Below are positions 39,512-52,140 of a stretch of 64,000 nt of DNA, piece by piece. Each line of letters starts with the position of its first letter. Position 1 is the first letter of the stretch. The notes under the pieces were generated by a model, which was given only the letters and a program-made list of their open reading frames with translations, had not been told where the DNA came from and ran no database searches. The stretch is from Alphaproteobacteria bacterium. GTDB taxonomy: Bacteria > Pseudomonadota > Alphaproteobacteria > MPNO01. The translations under genes and the position numbers were made by a program. The stretch spans positions 864,001 through 928,000 of the forward strand of contig CBDFLJ010000002.1 in NCBI GenBank assembly GCA_965248835.1, written 5' to 3'.

Positions 39512-40849
39512 ATGGACGGAACGGCCTTTCCCGATTCCTTCCGCGACATGGTCGATGACCGCGTGGAGGAGGGCATCTTTCGGGTCGACCGCTCGGTCTA
39601 TACCGATCAGGCGGTGTTCGAGGCCGAGATCGAGCGCATCTTCGAGGGCGGCTGGGTCTTCCTGTGCCACGAAAACCAGGTCGAAAAGCCCGGCGACTAC
39701 TACGCCACCGAGATCGGCCGCCAGCCGGTCTTCGTGATGCGTGGCAAGGACGGCACGATCGGCTGCTTCATCAACGCATGCTCGCACCGCGGCGCGGTGC
39801 TCACGCCGCTCAAGCGCGGCAATGCCCGGGTGCTGACCTGCCGCTTCCACGGCTGGGCCTACGACATGGGCGGGCGCTGCATCAAGATCAAGAACGAGGA
39901 AGGCGGGTTCACCGCCCCCGACTTCTCGCGCGAGCGGTTCAACCTGCGCCCCGTCGCGCGGCTCGAAAGCTACCGCGGCTTCGTTTTCGGCAGCCTGGTC
40001 GAGGACGTGCCCCCGCTCACCGACTATCTGGGCGCCGCGGCCCGCTGGATGGATCTGCTCGATGCCCAGGCGCCGGACGGGCTCGAGGTGGTGCCCGGCA
40101 GCTCGACCTACGTGATCCGCGGCAACTGGAAGCTGCAGGCCGAGAACAGCGTCGATGGCTACCACGTCACGACGGTCCACCGCGTGTTCGGCAACACGAT
40201 CGCCAACCGTGAGATGCGCGATGCGACGTCGGGCTTGCGCCAGACCGAGGCCGGGCGCATCAAGGGCAACGTACCCACCAGCGCCTACGATCTGGGCAAC
40301 GGCCATATGGCGATCTGGGCGCTGCACACCACGCCCGAGGTCCGGCCGATCTACGAGGCCAAGGCGCGGCTGGAGGCGAGCCTGCCGCCGGCCGAAGTCG
40401 ACTGGATCCTCAACCGCGGCCGCAACCTCTATCTGTTCCCCAACGTGATGCTGATGGACAACCCCTCGACCCAGATCCGGCTGATGAAGCCGATCTCGCC
40501 GGACAGCGCCGAGGTGACCGTCTATTGCATCGCCCCCAGGGGCGAGAGCGACAGGGCGCGCGCCGCGCGGCTGCGCAAGTTCGAGGATTTTTATCTCACC
40601 GCAGGGATGGCGACGTCGGACGATGTCGCGGCGCTGGAGGCGAGCCAAGACGGCGCGCAAGCCCGGCTCAGCAGATGGAACGATTTCGCCCGCGGCATGC
40701 CCGATATCATCTACGGCCCCGACGCGGCGGCCCGCGAACTCGGCTTCGAGCCGGTGAGCTGCTGCCCGGACTGGGACCACGAAGGCCTGTTCCACGGCTT
40801 CTACCGTGCCTGGCTGGAGCGCATGGAGAACGGGAGCGCGCGGGGGTGA
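39512..40849 (+). CDS. Ring-hydroxylating dioxygenase alpha subunit (benzoate/anthranilate BenA/AntA-like)
   Basis: IFEG.WVFL.HE.Q, NACSHRGA..CRFHGW, GNWKLQAEN..DGYHV.TVH, R.FEDF....GMAT.DD. Confidence 0.9.
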   Translation: MDGTAFPDSFRDMVDDRVEEGIFRVDRSVYTDQAVFEAEIERIFEGGWVFLCHENQVEKPGDYYATEIGRQPVFVMRGKDGTIGCFINACSHRGAVLTPLKRGNARVLTCRFHGWAYDMGGRCIKIKNEEGGFTAPDFSRERFNLRPVARLESYRGFVFGSLVEDVPPLTDYLGAAARWMDLLDAQAPDGLEVVPGSSTYVIRGNWKLQAENSVDGYHVTTVHRVFGNTIANREMRDATSGLRQTEAGRIKGNVPTSAYDLGNGHMAIWALHTTPEVRPIYEAKARLEASLPPAEVDWILNRGRNLYLFPNVMLMDNPSTQIRLMKPISPDSAEVTVYCIAPRGESDRARAARLRKFEDFYLTAGMATSDDVAALEASQDGAQARLSRWNDFARGMPDIIYGPDAAARELGFEPVSCCPDWDHEGLFHGFYRAWLERMENGSARG

Positions 40850-41343
40850 GCGTCGACGCCGATCTCGAACGTGAGGTCGCCGCCCTGATCAACCGCGAGG
40901 CGATGCTGCTCGACCGCCACCGCTGGGAGGAATGGATCGACCTCTACAGCGAGGACGCGGTCTACTGGGTGCCGTCCTGGGCGAGCGAGGAGGAGACCAC
41001 GACCGACCCCGAGACCCAGCTCAACCTGATCTATCTGCGCAACCGCGGCGGGCTGGAGGATCGCGTCTTCAGGATCGAAAGCCGGGACTCCTATGCCTCG
41101 GTCCCGCTCGACCGCACGGTGCACGTTATCGGCAACGTCCTGGTCGAGCGCGCCGCGGGCGACGTGGTCGAGGCATCGGCCAACTGTCTCGTCCACACCT
41201 ACGGCAAGAAGGGCGCCAGCACGCGCGGCGGCCTCTATGACTTCGCCTTCCGGCGGGACGACGGCGTGCTCAAGATCACCCGCAAGAAGATCACTTTCAT
41301 CGACGATCGGCTCGAAGGGCCGATCGACATCTACCATCTGTGA
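40846..41343 (+). CDS. Ring-hydroxylating dioxygenase beta subunit (BenB-like)
   Basis: REA.LLD...W.EW, YW.P.W, LIY...RGGLEDRVFRI, IDIYHL. Confidence 0.9.
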   Translation: MSVDADLEREVAALINREAMLLDRHRWEEWIDLYSEDAVYWVPSWASEEETTTDPETQLNLIYLRNRGGLEDRVFRIESRDSYASVPLDRTVHVIGNVLVERAAGDVVEASANCLVHTYGKKGASTRGGLYDFAFRRDDGVLKITRKKITFIDDRLEGPIDIYHL

Positions 41344-41350
41344 GGGGCCG

Positions 41351-42388
41351 GTGCTGGCGCTGTCCAAGATAGCGGCGGAGCCCGGCGGGATCGCGCTCGG
41401 CGAGGTCGCGCCGCGCGCGCCGGGGCCGGGCGAGGTCCGGCTCGAGGTCGGCGCGGCCGGGATCTGCGGCACCGACATGCAGATCTACAACTGGGCGCCG
41501 CGGATGGCCCGCCGCATGGCTCTGCCCCGCGTCCTGGGCCATGAGGTCAGCGGCACGGTCGCGGCGCTCGGCGAGGGGGTCGAGGGACTCGCGCTCGGCG
41601 ATTGCGTCGCGCTGGAAAGCCACATCTTCTGCGGCACCTGCCGGGCCTGCCGGCTCGACCGCGCCCATCTGTGCCACAACACCCGCTATCCGGGGATCGA
41701 TATTGACGGCGCGTTCGCCGAACAGGTCACGGTGCCGGCACGGATCGCCTGGAAGACACCGCCCGGCATGAAGCATGAGACCGCGGCCATGCTGGAGCCG
41801 TTCGGTATCGCGGTGCACGCCTGCCTCGCCGGATCGGGCGTTGCCGGGCAATCGGTGCTGGTCGACGGCTGCGGGCCGATCGGGCTGATGACGGTCGCCG
41901 CCGCCAAGGCGCTGGGCGCGCTCACGGTGATCGCCTGCGACGTCAACCCGCTGCGGCTGGAGGCGGCCGTCCGGATGGGCGCCGACCGGACCGCCAACGC
42001 GGCCGAGGACGGGCTCGCCGGGGTCGTCGCCGATGCGACGCGCGGCGCCGGGGTCGATGTCGGGATCGAGTATTCCGGCAGCGAGGCGGGGTTCGGCGCG
42101 GTGTTCGATGCGCTCGCCAAGGGCGGCGACTTCCGCCTGGTCGGCGGCCCGCCCGAGGCGATACCGGTCGACTTCACCTACTGGCTGCTCAAATGCCCCG
42201 TCATGCACACCATCCACGGCCGGCGCATCTGGCAGACCTGGCAGCGCGCGGGCGAGCTTCTGGCTTCCGGCGCGGTGGATCTCGGCCCCGTCAGGAGCCA
42301 TGTCCTTCCCTTGTCGGAGGCGCCGCGCGGTTTCGAGCTGATCCGCACCGGCCAGGCGCTGAAGCCCATCCTGGTCCCCGATCGATGA
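41351..42388 (+). CDS. Zn-dependent (MDR) dehydrogenase, threonine-dehydrogenase-like
   Basis: GICGTD, GHE..G, E.H..CG.C..C......C, G.GPIG. Confidence 0.88.
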   Translation: MLALSKIAAEPGGIALGEVAPRAPGPGEVRLEVGAAGICGTDMQIYNWAPRMARRMALPRVLGHEVSGTVAALGEGVEGLALGDCVALESHIFCGTCRACRLDRAHLCHNTRYPGIDIDGAFAEQVTVPARIAWKTPPGMKHETAAMLEPFGIAVHACLAGSGVAGQSVLVDGCGPIGLMTVAAAKALGALTVIACDVNPLRLEAAVRMGADRTANAAEDGLAGVVADATRGAGVDVGIEYSGSEAGFGAVFDALAKGGDFRLVGGPPEAIPVDFTYWLLKCPVMHTIHGRRIWQTWQRAGELLASGAVDLGPVRSHVLPLSEAPRGFELIRTGQALKPILVPDR

Positions 42389-43410
42389 GCAGCCATTCCG
42401 TCACCCTGGTCTTCGAGGACGGCCGGACCGCGCAGTTCGAGGCGAACGAAGACGATACGATTTATCTGGCGGCGCTGAAGAACCGCATCCGGATCGAGAC
42501 CGATTGCCTGGAAGGCGCCTGCGCGACCTGCAAGGGGGTCTGCACCACCGGCGCGTACCGGATGGACGAGTACAGCGAGGAGGCGCTGAGCGCCGAGGAG
42601 GCAGCCCGCCGCGAGGTGCTGACCTGCCAGATGCATGTGCTTTCCGATTGTGTGATCGAATACCCCTACGAGTCCGGGATCGCCATGAAGGCGCCGCCGG
42701 TCACCCGACCCGGGCGTGTCGCCGAGGTCGAGACCGTGGCGGACAACGTCGTCCGCCTGGTGGTCGAGCCCGATGACGCCGACGCCGGCCCGCTGTCCTT
42801 CCTGGCCGGCCAATACGTCCATCTCGGCATCCCGGAGACCGAAGAACAGCGTTCGTACTCCTTCGCCAACCCGCCGCGGATCACCGATCGGCTCGAGTTC
42901 TTTATCAAGGTGCTGGAGACCGGCGCGATGAGCGAGTATGTCGCCGGGCGGGCGAAAGTCGGCGATCCGATGCCGGTCACCGGCCCGTTCGGCCGCTTCT
43001 ATCTGCGCCCGCCGTCGCGCCCGGTCCTGATGATCGCCGGCGGCACCGGGCTTGCGCCGATGCTGTCGATGCTCGATCACATGCTCGATGCCGGCCACAC
43101 CGGCCAGGCCGTCCATCTGCTCTATGGCGCCAACACACCGTCGGAGCTTTTCGCCGCCGGTGCGCTTGACGCCTATGCCGGGCGCGGCCTTGCGCTCACC
43201 ACCGAGCTCTGCACCGTCGAGCCCGATGCGGCCTGGACCGGCGCCACCGGCCACGTCACCACATTGCTGCGGCCCGAGCTGATCCATGGCGGGGCGTGCG
43301 ATGCCTATCTCTGCGGCCCGCCCCCGATGATCGACGCCGGCACCGAATGGCTGCGCCGGGCAGGCCTGGAGTCCGCCCGCATCCACAGCGAAAAATTCCT
43401 GCCGAGCTAG
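42385..43410 (+). CDS. Oxygenase reductase (2Fe-2S + FAD/NAD; BenC/AntC-like)
   Basis: C.EG.C.TCK..C...LTCQ, RSYS, G.MS.Y, AGGTGLAP, YLCGPPPM, EKF. Confidence 0.92.
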   Translation: MSSHSVTLVFEDGRTAQFEANEDDTIYLAALKNRIRIETDCLEGACATCKGVCTTGAYRMDEYSEEALSAEEAARREVLTCQMHVLSDCVIEYPYESGIAMKAPPVTRPGRVAEVETVADNVVRLVVEPDDADAGPLSFLAGQYVHLGIPETEEQRSYSFANPPRITDRLEFFIKVLETGAMSEYVAGRAKVGDPMPVTGPFGRFYLRPPSRPVLMIAGGTGLAPMLSMLDHMLDAGHTGQAVHLLYGANTPSELFAAGALDAYAGRGLALTTELCTVEPDAAWTGATGHVTTLLRPELIHGGACDAYLCGPPPMIDAGTEWLRRAGLESARIHSEKFLPS

Positions 43411-43532
43411 CCTGATATTCCTGATTTTTGGTTCTGGATTTCTTCGTAAGGCATTGTTTTTCATAGGATGGCGACAGGCGGAATTATGTGACTTGCCGCT
43501 ATGCACATCGCGCGCTCGGCCTTTGGGCCAGG

Positions 43533-43850
43533 TCACGTCACTGCGCGCTCTCCCGCATGGCGACGGACTCGCGCACGGATGAGCTCTCCGTTCTCGACAA
43601 GCTCCTTCGACAACTCGTAGGCTTTCTGTGCGTTCATCCAAAACTCCGGTGTCTGTCCGAAATACGCGCCCAGCGCGATCGCCGTCTCTGCGCTGATGCC
43701 GCGTCGCTCATGAACGATCTCGTGCAGGCGCGTCGCCGGCAGGTCGATATCCCGGGCAACCCGGTGGACGCTAAGTCCCATTTCCTTGATCTGCTCCAAA
43801 AGCAGGGCGCCAGGATGGGTTGCAATCCGGTTCGTCGGTGCGCGCACCAT
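43533..43850 (-). CDS. higA: HigA-family antitoxin
   Basis: HPG..L, HTH, R.IS.ETA..L..YFG.TPEFW.N.Q..YEL. Confidence 0.9.
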   Translation of the reverse strand: MVRAPTNRIATHPGALLLEQIKEMGLSVHRVARDIDLPATRLHEIVHERRGISAETAIALGAYFGQTPEFWMNAQKAYELSKELVENGELIRARVRRHAGERAVT

Positions 43851-43866
43851 TTTCTCGCTCCGTTCC

Positions 43867-44151
43867 TCAGTCGTAGTGGTTGTTCAGCTCCACTTGGAAT
43901 GCGTCGCCGTCCCGCCACTCAAAGCATATGCGCCAGCTCCGTGAGACGCGAATGCTGTGCTGTCCATCACGGTCACCGACCAATCGCTCGAGATGGTTTC
44001 CCGGCGGTACTCGAAGATCGTTGATGTCAACCGCATAGTTGATCCGGTCCAGCTTGCTCCGTGCCCGCTCAAGGACCGATGCCGGAATCTTGCCCTCGCT
44101 CACACCGTTGAAGACGTTCTCGGTGCGCTTGTCGGCAAATGATCGAATCAT
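43867..44151 (-). CDS. higB: HigB (RelE/ParE-family) toxin
   Basis: MIRSFADK.TE, DLRVPPGN.LE.L.GDR.GQHSIR....WRICF.W; toxin lies upstream of the antitoxin. Confidence 0.9.
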   Translation of the reverse strand: MIRSFADKRTENVFNGVSEGKIPASVLERARSKLDRINYAVDINDLRVPPGNHLERLVGDRDGQHSIRVSRSWRICFEWRDGDAFQVELNNHYD

Positions 44152-44221
44152 ATCGGCTCGTGTTATACGCACAGAATAATACGGACATAATATGAAATAG
44201 CCTCGCCCCCGTCCAGGGCGA

Positions 44222-44305
44222 CCCCACGACTTCAGCGATCCTGCCCGCGATGCGGTTGGCAGCAGACTTGACGGGATCATCGGCGAGGTGGGCGTAGCGG
44301 GCCGT
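44222..44305 (-). pseudogene. Tyrosine integrase C-terminal scrap
   Basis: TARYAHLADDPVKSAANRIA contains the catalytic-Tyr T.RYAH motif. Confidence 0.65.
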
Positions 44306-44379
44306 CGCGTTTTCGTTACCGCTCGGCGCCACCGGTAGTCGTGAGCTTCGCGCCGCAAGCCAGGAACGCGGATTACCGC

Positions 44380-44509
44380 GCGCAGAATCCGCCGCGACCC
44401 GTCCTCGATCGCGCTCAACCGGCGGATCGCCGATCGCGACTACCAGATCGAATGCATCGAGGCGCTGTCGGACAAGATATCGCAAGGCCGGCGCAAGCTG
44501 CTGGTCGAG
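44380..44509 (+). pseudogene. Type I restriction R-subunit (DEAD-helicase) internal scrap
   Basis: Frame read by eye from 44435: RDYQIECIEALSDKISQGRRKLLVE. It stops just before the expected MATGTGKT Walker A. Confidence 0.6.
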
Positions 44510-44640
44510 ACGTGGAGATCTGGACCATCTTCAACGGCATCCGACCCTTTCTGGCGGCAACGCTGCTCGGGTTGGCGCTCATCTGCGCGTTCCCGCAAAT
44601 TGCACTCTTCCTGCCGGACCTGATGTTCAACCTGAGATAG
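44509..44640 (+). pseudogene. TRAP DctM large permease C-terminal scrap
   Basis: IF.GI.PFL....L.L.LI..FPQIALFLP.LM* is the typical DctM end. Confidence 0.7.
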
Positions 44641-44662
44641 CCGGTTTCATCCTGCCGGGCGG

Positions 44663-45505
44663 TCAGAAGGCGCTTGGCGGCAGGCCTCCGCCGTCGATGG
44701 GTATCGCCTGTCCGGTGATGTAGCCGGCGTCCTCGGAGACCAGGTGGGCGACGGTCGCGGCGATCTCCTCCGGCCGGCCGTGGCGGCCCGCCGGGATGTG
44801 TCCGGCCCGCTCGGCAAGACCGGCATCGACATCGCTCCAGCCGGCCCGCAGCGTCGAGCTGATCGCGCGGTCGGTGCGGATGGAGCCCGGACAGATAGCG
44901 TTCGCCGTAATGCCGTGCGGTGCGAGATCATAGGCGAGCGAGCGTGTCATCCCGATGACGGCCGCCTTGGAAGCGCAATAGGCCGCCCGTTCAGGCAGTG
45001 CCGCCAGGCCGCCGACGGAGGACATCGACACGATCCGGCCATAGCCCTGCGCCTTCATATGGGGCACCGCGGCGCGGATCATCAGGAAGACGCCGCGGAC
45101 ATTGACCGCCATGACGGCTTCCCATGCCGACAGCGGCACGTCCTCGATCCGGCCGCGGTCGGCTCCGTGCGGAGCGCCGGCGTTGTTGATCAGGACATCG
45201 AGGCGCCCGTAGGACTCCACGGTCCGGGCAAGCAGATACGCCGCGCCATCCTCGTTGGACACGTCGCCGATCACGCCCAGCGCCGCGCCGCCGGCCGCCT
45301 CGATCCGCGCGACCAGCGTGTCCAGCCCCTGCCAGCCGGAGGCTTCGCGCGCCGCCGCGTTGTCGTTGTCGAGACCCCCGGCCGCCACGTCGCAGACGAC
45401 GACGATGAAGCCGTCCGCCGACAGGCGCTGCGCGACCGCAGCCCCGATGCCGTTCTCCTTGCCGCAGCCGGTGATCAGCGCCACGCGCGTTTCCTGCCCG
45501 CTCAT
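44663..45505 (-). CDS. Short-chain dehydrogenase/reductase
   Basis: TG....GIG, LINNAG, YCASK, N.ICPG.I.T. Confidence 0.92.
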   Translation of the reverse strand: MSGQETRVALITGCGKENGIGAAVAQRLSADGFIVVVCDVAAGGLDNDNAAAREASGWQGLDTLVARIEAAGGAALGVIGDVSNEDGAAYLLARTVESYGRLDVLINNAGAPHGADRGRIEDVPLSAWEAVMAVNVRGVFLMIRAAVPHMKAQGYGRIVSMSSVGGLAALPERAAYCASKAAVIGMTRSLAYDLAPHGITANAICPGSIRTDRAISSTLRAGWSDVDAGLAERAGHIPAGRHGRPEEIAATVAHLVSEDAGYITGQAIPIDGGGLPPSAF

Positions 45506-45595
45506 CGCGTTCGTCCTCTCGATCCCGTGCCCGGACCTTAGCGGGCATGCCGAGACGGCGCACCGATTGCGTCGCTTTTTCGTGGGCAGGTTCGG

Positions 45596-45651
45596 TTGAC
45601 ACTGCCCGGCAGAACGCTATTTTCCCAATCAGCACCGATTAAGTCCTGATT
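45596..45651 (+). promoter_or_regulatory. Putative sigma70 promoter plus inverted-repeat operator for the suf Rrf2 regulator
   Basis: TTGACA (45596)-N16-TATTTT (45618), then the imperfect palindrome AATCAGCAC-N7-GTCCTGATT (45627-45651). Confidence 0.55.
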
Positions 45652-45671
45652 TCCCGATGGGGACGGCAGCG

Positions 45672-46136
45672 ATGATCAAGCTCAGCCGGATGGCCGATTA
45701 CGGGGTCGTGCTGATGACCCAGCTCGCGCGCGAGCCGCAGGCGTTGCGCACCGCGCCGGATCTCGCCCAGGCCTGCGGGCTGCCGCTGCCGACGGTGAGC
45801 AAGATCCTCAAATTGCTGGCTCAAGGTGGGCTGCTGGAGTCCCAGCGGGGCGTCAAGGGCGGCTATCAGCTCGCAATCGATGCGGAAGGGATCACGATCG
45901 CCGATCTGATCGGCGCGCTCGACGGGCCGATCGCGCTGACCGACTGCATGGACGCCGACAGGCTGGTGTGCGAGATCGAGGCGCTATGCCCCACCCGGAC
46001 CAACTGGCGGCGGATCAACGATGCGATGATCGAGGCGCTGAGCGGGGTGAGCTTGGCCGACATGGCCCTTCCCACGATCGATTTCGAGCGGCGGATGCCC
46101 AGCCGCGAGGCGCCGCCGATGGGCATGATGCGATAG
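45672..46136 (+). CDS. SUF system Rrf2-family regulator
   Basis: MIKLSRMADYG, PTVSKILK.L, S.RG..GGY, three Cys. Confidence 0.9.
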   Translation: MIKLSRMADYGVVLMTQLAREPQALRTAPDLAQACGLPLPTVSKILKLLAQGGLLESQRGVKGGYQLAIDAEGITIADLIGALDGPIALTDCMDADRLVCEIEALCPTRTNWRRINDAMIEALSGVSLADMALPTIDFERRMPSREAPPMGMMR

Positions 46137-46151
46137 GGGATGGGCCGCGCG

Positions 46152-47608
<1,457 letters not shown>

Positions 47609-47609
<1 letters not shown>

Positions 47610-48367
47610 TGCTTTCGATCAGCGACCTGCACGCCAGCGTTGACGGCAAGGAGATCCTGCGCGGCATCTCGCTCGAAGTGGGCGCGGGCGAGGTGCACGC
47701 GGTCATGGGTCCCAACGGCTCGGGCAAGAGCACGTTGTCCTACGTGCTGGCCGGGCGCGCCGGCTACGAGGTGACCAGCGGCAGCGTCACGTTTGCCGGA
47801 CAGGACCTGCTGGACATGCCGGTCGAGGCCCGCGCGGGCGCCGGCATCTTCCTCGCCTTCCAGTACCCGGTGGAGATCCCCGGCGTGTCCAACCTCACCT
47901 TCCTCAAGACCGCGCTCAACGCCGTGCGCAAGGCGCGCGGCGATGCCGCGCTCGACGCGATCGAGTTCCTCAAGCTCGCGCGCGCCAAGGGCGGACTGTT
48001 GCAGATGGACGACGCGCTGCTCCAGCGCGCGGTCAACGAAGGCTTCTCCGGCGGCGAAAAAAAGCGCAACGAGATCTTCCAGATGGCGATGCTGGAGCCG
48101 CGTCTGGCGATCCTCGACGAGACCGATTCCGGGCTCGACATCGATGCACTCAAGGTCGTGGCCGAGGGGGTGAACGCCCTGCGCGCCCCGGACCGCGCGA
48201 TGGTGGTGATCACCCACTACCAGCGCTTGCTCGAATACATCGTGCCCGATCATGTCCATGTGCTTTCGGGCGGGCGGATCGTTGCCTCCGGCGATGCCGC
48301 GCTGGCCCACGACCTGGAGGCCAGAGGCTATGCCGAGTTCGCCGGGCAGGCGGGGGCGCCGGCGTGA
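47609..48367 (+). CDS. sufC: Fe-S assembly ATPase SufC
   Basis: MGPNGSGKST, FLAFQYPVEIPGV, GFSGGEKKRNE, LDETDSGLDID. Confidence 0.97.
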
Positions 48368-49664
48368 GGGCCGCGACCGATCAGGACACCGCGCCGTTCA
48401 TGGCGGCCTATTCGGCGGCGAAGGCGGGCCTTCCCGGCGGCGCCGACGCGCTGCGCGAGACGGCGATCGCCCGGTTCGCCGAGATCGGCCTGCCGCACCG
48501 CCGAATCGAGGGCTGGAAATACACCGGGCTGCGGACGCTCCGGCGCCTGGATGCCGATGCCCTTGCCGGGACCGGCGGACCCTCGGCGGAAGATGTGGCC
48601 GTCCCGGCATCGATCGCGGCGCTGGATGCCTACCGGATCGTCCTGCTCGACGGGCATTATTCTGCCACTATGTCGGCGCATGGCGGGCTCCCGCCGGGAA
48701 TCGTCCCGCTGTCGGCCTGGCTTAGCGCCGAGACCGCCGACATCGCGCTGTGCAGCGCGGGGTTCAGCGCCGAGCATGCGGGGCTCAAGGCGCTCAACGC
48801 CGCGATGACCCGCGACGGGCTGGTCCTCGAGGTGCCCAAGGGCGCCGTGCTCGAAAAGCCGGTCGTCGTCGTGCATGCGATGAGCGCACAGGCCGGGACC
48901 CGGGCGGTCCATCCCCGCACGGTGGTCCGTGTCGGCGAAGGCGCCGAGGCCGATTTGATCGAAGTGTTCACCGGCCAGGCCGGCGCGAGCGGCTGGACCA
49001 ACGCCGTCCTCGACGGAACCCTCGACCAAGCCGCGCATCTTCGCCACGTGGTGCTGGTCGAGCAATCCGACAATGCGACCCATACCGGGCTCGGGACGCT
49101 CGCGGTCGGCCGGGACGGGTCCTATCGCGGCCTGGTTCTGTCGCTCGGCGGGCGTGTCGCCCGGACCGAGACGATCGTCAGGCTGGCCGGGGAGGGAGCG
49201 CATTGCACGCTCGCCGGCGGCGCCCTGGTGGACGGACGGCGCCACGTCGATCACACCAGCGAGATCACCCACGCCGTGCCGCATACCGGCAGCACCCAGG
49301 TCTTCCGCAACGTCGTCGATGATTACGCGCGGTCGGTGTTCCAGGGTCGGGTCGTGGTCGATGTCGATGCCCAGAAGACCGATGCGCATCAGTCCTGCCG
49401 CAACCTGCTGCTCTCGCCGGGCGCGGAATCCGACAACAAGCCCGAGCTCCGGATCTTCGCCGACGACGTCAAATGCAGCCACGGCACGACCGTCGGCGAC
49501 CTCGATGAAGATGCGCTGTTCTACATGCGGGCCCGCGGCATCTCCGAGGCCCAGGCGCGCGCGCTCCTGACCCGCGCGTTCGTTGCCGAACTGTTCGATC
49601 TGGTGCCCGTGCCCATCGCCCGGCCGGTGGTCGAGGGCGCGGTGGACAAGTGGTTGGCGCGGCC

Positions 49665-49668
<4 letters not shown>
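48364..49668 (+). CDS. sufD: Fe-S assembly protein SufD
   Basis: E.WKYT, VFQG.V.V..AQKTDA.Q, KPEL.I.ADDVKCSHG, LFY..ARGI. Confidence 0.95.
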
Positions 49669-50899
<1,231 letters not shown>

Positions 50900-50903
<4 letters not shown>

Positions 50904-51355
50904 TGGACCTTCGCGAGCTCTATCAGGACGTGATCCTCGATCACAGCAAGAACCCGCGGAATGCGGGCCCGCTGAAGTCCCATTCCCATACCGCGCGGGG
51001 CAACAACCCGCTGTGCGGCGACCGGATCGACGTCTATCTGGCGGTCGAGGACGAACGCATCGCCGAGGTCCGGTTCGAGGCCAAGGGCTGCGCGATCTCC
51101 GTCGCTTCGGCCTCGATGATGACCGAGCTGGTCGAGGGCAGGGGGGTCGAGGAGGCCCGTGCCGTCTTCGAGCGGTTCCACGAGGTCCTAACCCGCAAGG
51201 GAGAGGTCGGCGCGGACGAGATCGAGAGCCTGGACAAGCTCGCCGTCCTGATCGGGGTGCGCGACTTTCCGATGCGGGTGAAATGCGCGACCTTGCCTTG
51301 GCATACCATGTCCGCGGCGCTCCTCGCCGAGGGCGCGGAAGTGACCACCGAATAG
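50900..51355 (+). CDS. sufU: SUF system NifU-family sulfur transfer protein
   Basis: LYQ.VILDH, NPLCGD, GCAIS.ASAS, RVKCATL.W. Confidence 0.92.
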
Positions 51356-51384
51356 GGCCGCCGCCGAAACTGGAGCTTGGCAGC

Positions 51385-51756
51385 ATGGACGATAACGCGA
51401 TTGAGCCCGCCGCCCCGGGCAAAGCCGCCGGAGACGGCCCGGTCGATGAGACCGCGGCGCTCCATGCCGAGATCGTCGAGGCGGTCAGCACGGTCTACGA
51501 CCCGGAGATCCCGGTAAATATCTACGAACTCGGTTTGATCTACGACATCGCGGTCTCGCCCGGCCGCGACGTCGAGGTGGTGATGACGCTGACCTCGCCG
51601 ATGTGCCCGGTCGCAGAGTCCCTGCCGATCGAGGTCGAGACCCGGGTGCGCGGGATCGAGACGGTCAACGATGTCCATGTCGAGCTCACCTGGGACCCGC
51701 CGTGGACGCCCGAGATGATGACCGAGGCCGCCAAGCTCGAGCTTGGCTTCATGTGA
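51385..51756 (+). CDS. sufT: DUF59/SufT Fe-S assembly protein
   Basis: VYDPEIPVNIYELGLIY, MTLT.P.CP, WDPPW. Confidence 0.92.
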   Translation: MDDNAIEPAAPGKAAGDGPVDETAALHAEIVEAVSTVYDPEIPVNIYELGLIYDIAVSPGRDVEVVMTLTSPMCPVAESLPIEVETRVRGIETVNDVHVELTWDPPWTPEMMTEAAKLELGFM

Positions 51757-51785
51757 GCGTGTGATCGGATTGCGCAGGGGTTGAT

Positions 51786-52124
51786 ATGATGGACAAGCAG
51801 GTCATGACCTTGACCGATGCCGCGGCGGACCGGGTCCGCCACCTGTTGGCCAAGCGCTCGGAGCCCGCCGTCGGGCTGCGGGTCGGCATCCGCACCGGCG
51901 GTTGCTCCGGCATGGCCTATCAGATGGAGTTCGCCGCCGAGCAGGCGCCGTTGGACGAGATGGTCGAGGACAAGGGGGTCACCGTCCTGATCGACGGCAA
52001 GGCGCTGATGTTCCTGATCGGCACCGAAATGGACTACGTCGAGGACAAGCTTCAGTCGGGTTTCGTGTTCAACAACCCGAACGAAAAAGGCCGCTGCGGC
52101 TGCGGCGAATCCTTCCACGTCTGA
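51786..52124 (+). CDS. sufA: A-type Fe-S carrier (SufA/IscA)
   Basis: GGCSG..Y, F.NPN....CGCGESF. Confidence 0.93.
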   Translation: MMDKQVMTLTDAAADRVRHLLAKRSEPAVGLRVGIRTGGCSGMAYQMEFAAEQAPLDEMVEDKGVTVLIDGKALMFLIGTEMDYVEDKLQSGFVFNNPNEKGRCGCGESFHV

Positions 52125-52140
52125 GCGCCGGGCCGCCGCC

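Noticed and set aside
41351-42388. tdh (threonine dehydrogenase)
   Set aside because: The motifs are similar, but there is no kbl and it is embedded between oxygenase subunits.
44152-44418. N-terminal extension of HigB in the ORF track
   Set aside because: The family start MIRSF is at 44151. The upstream DNA is promoter-like (TATAAC) and gene debris.
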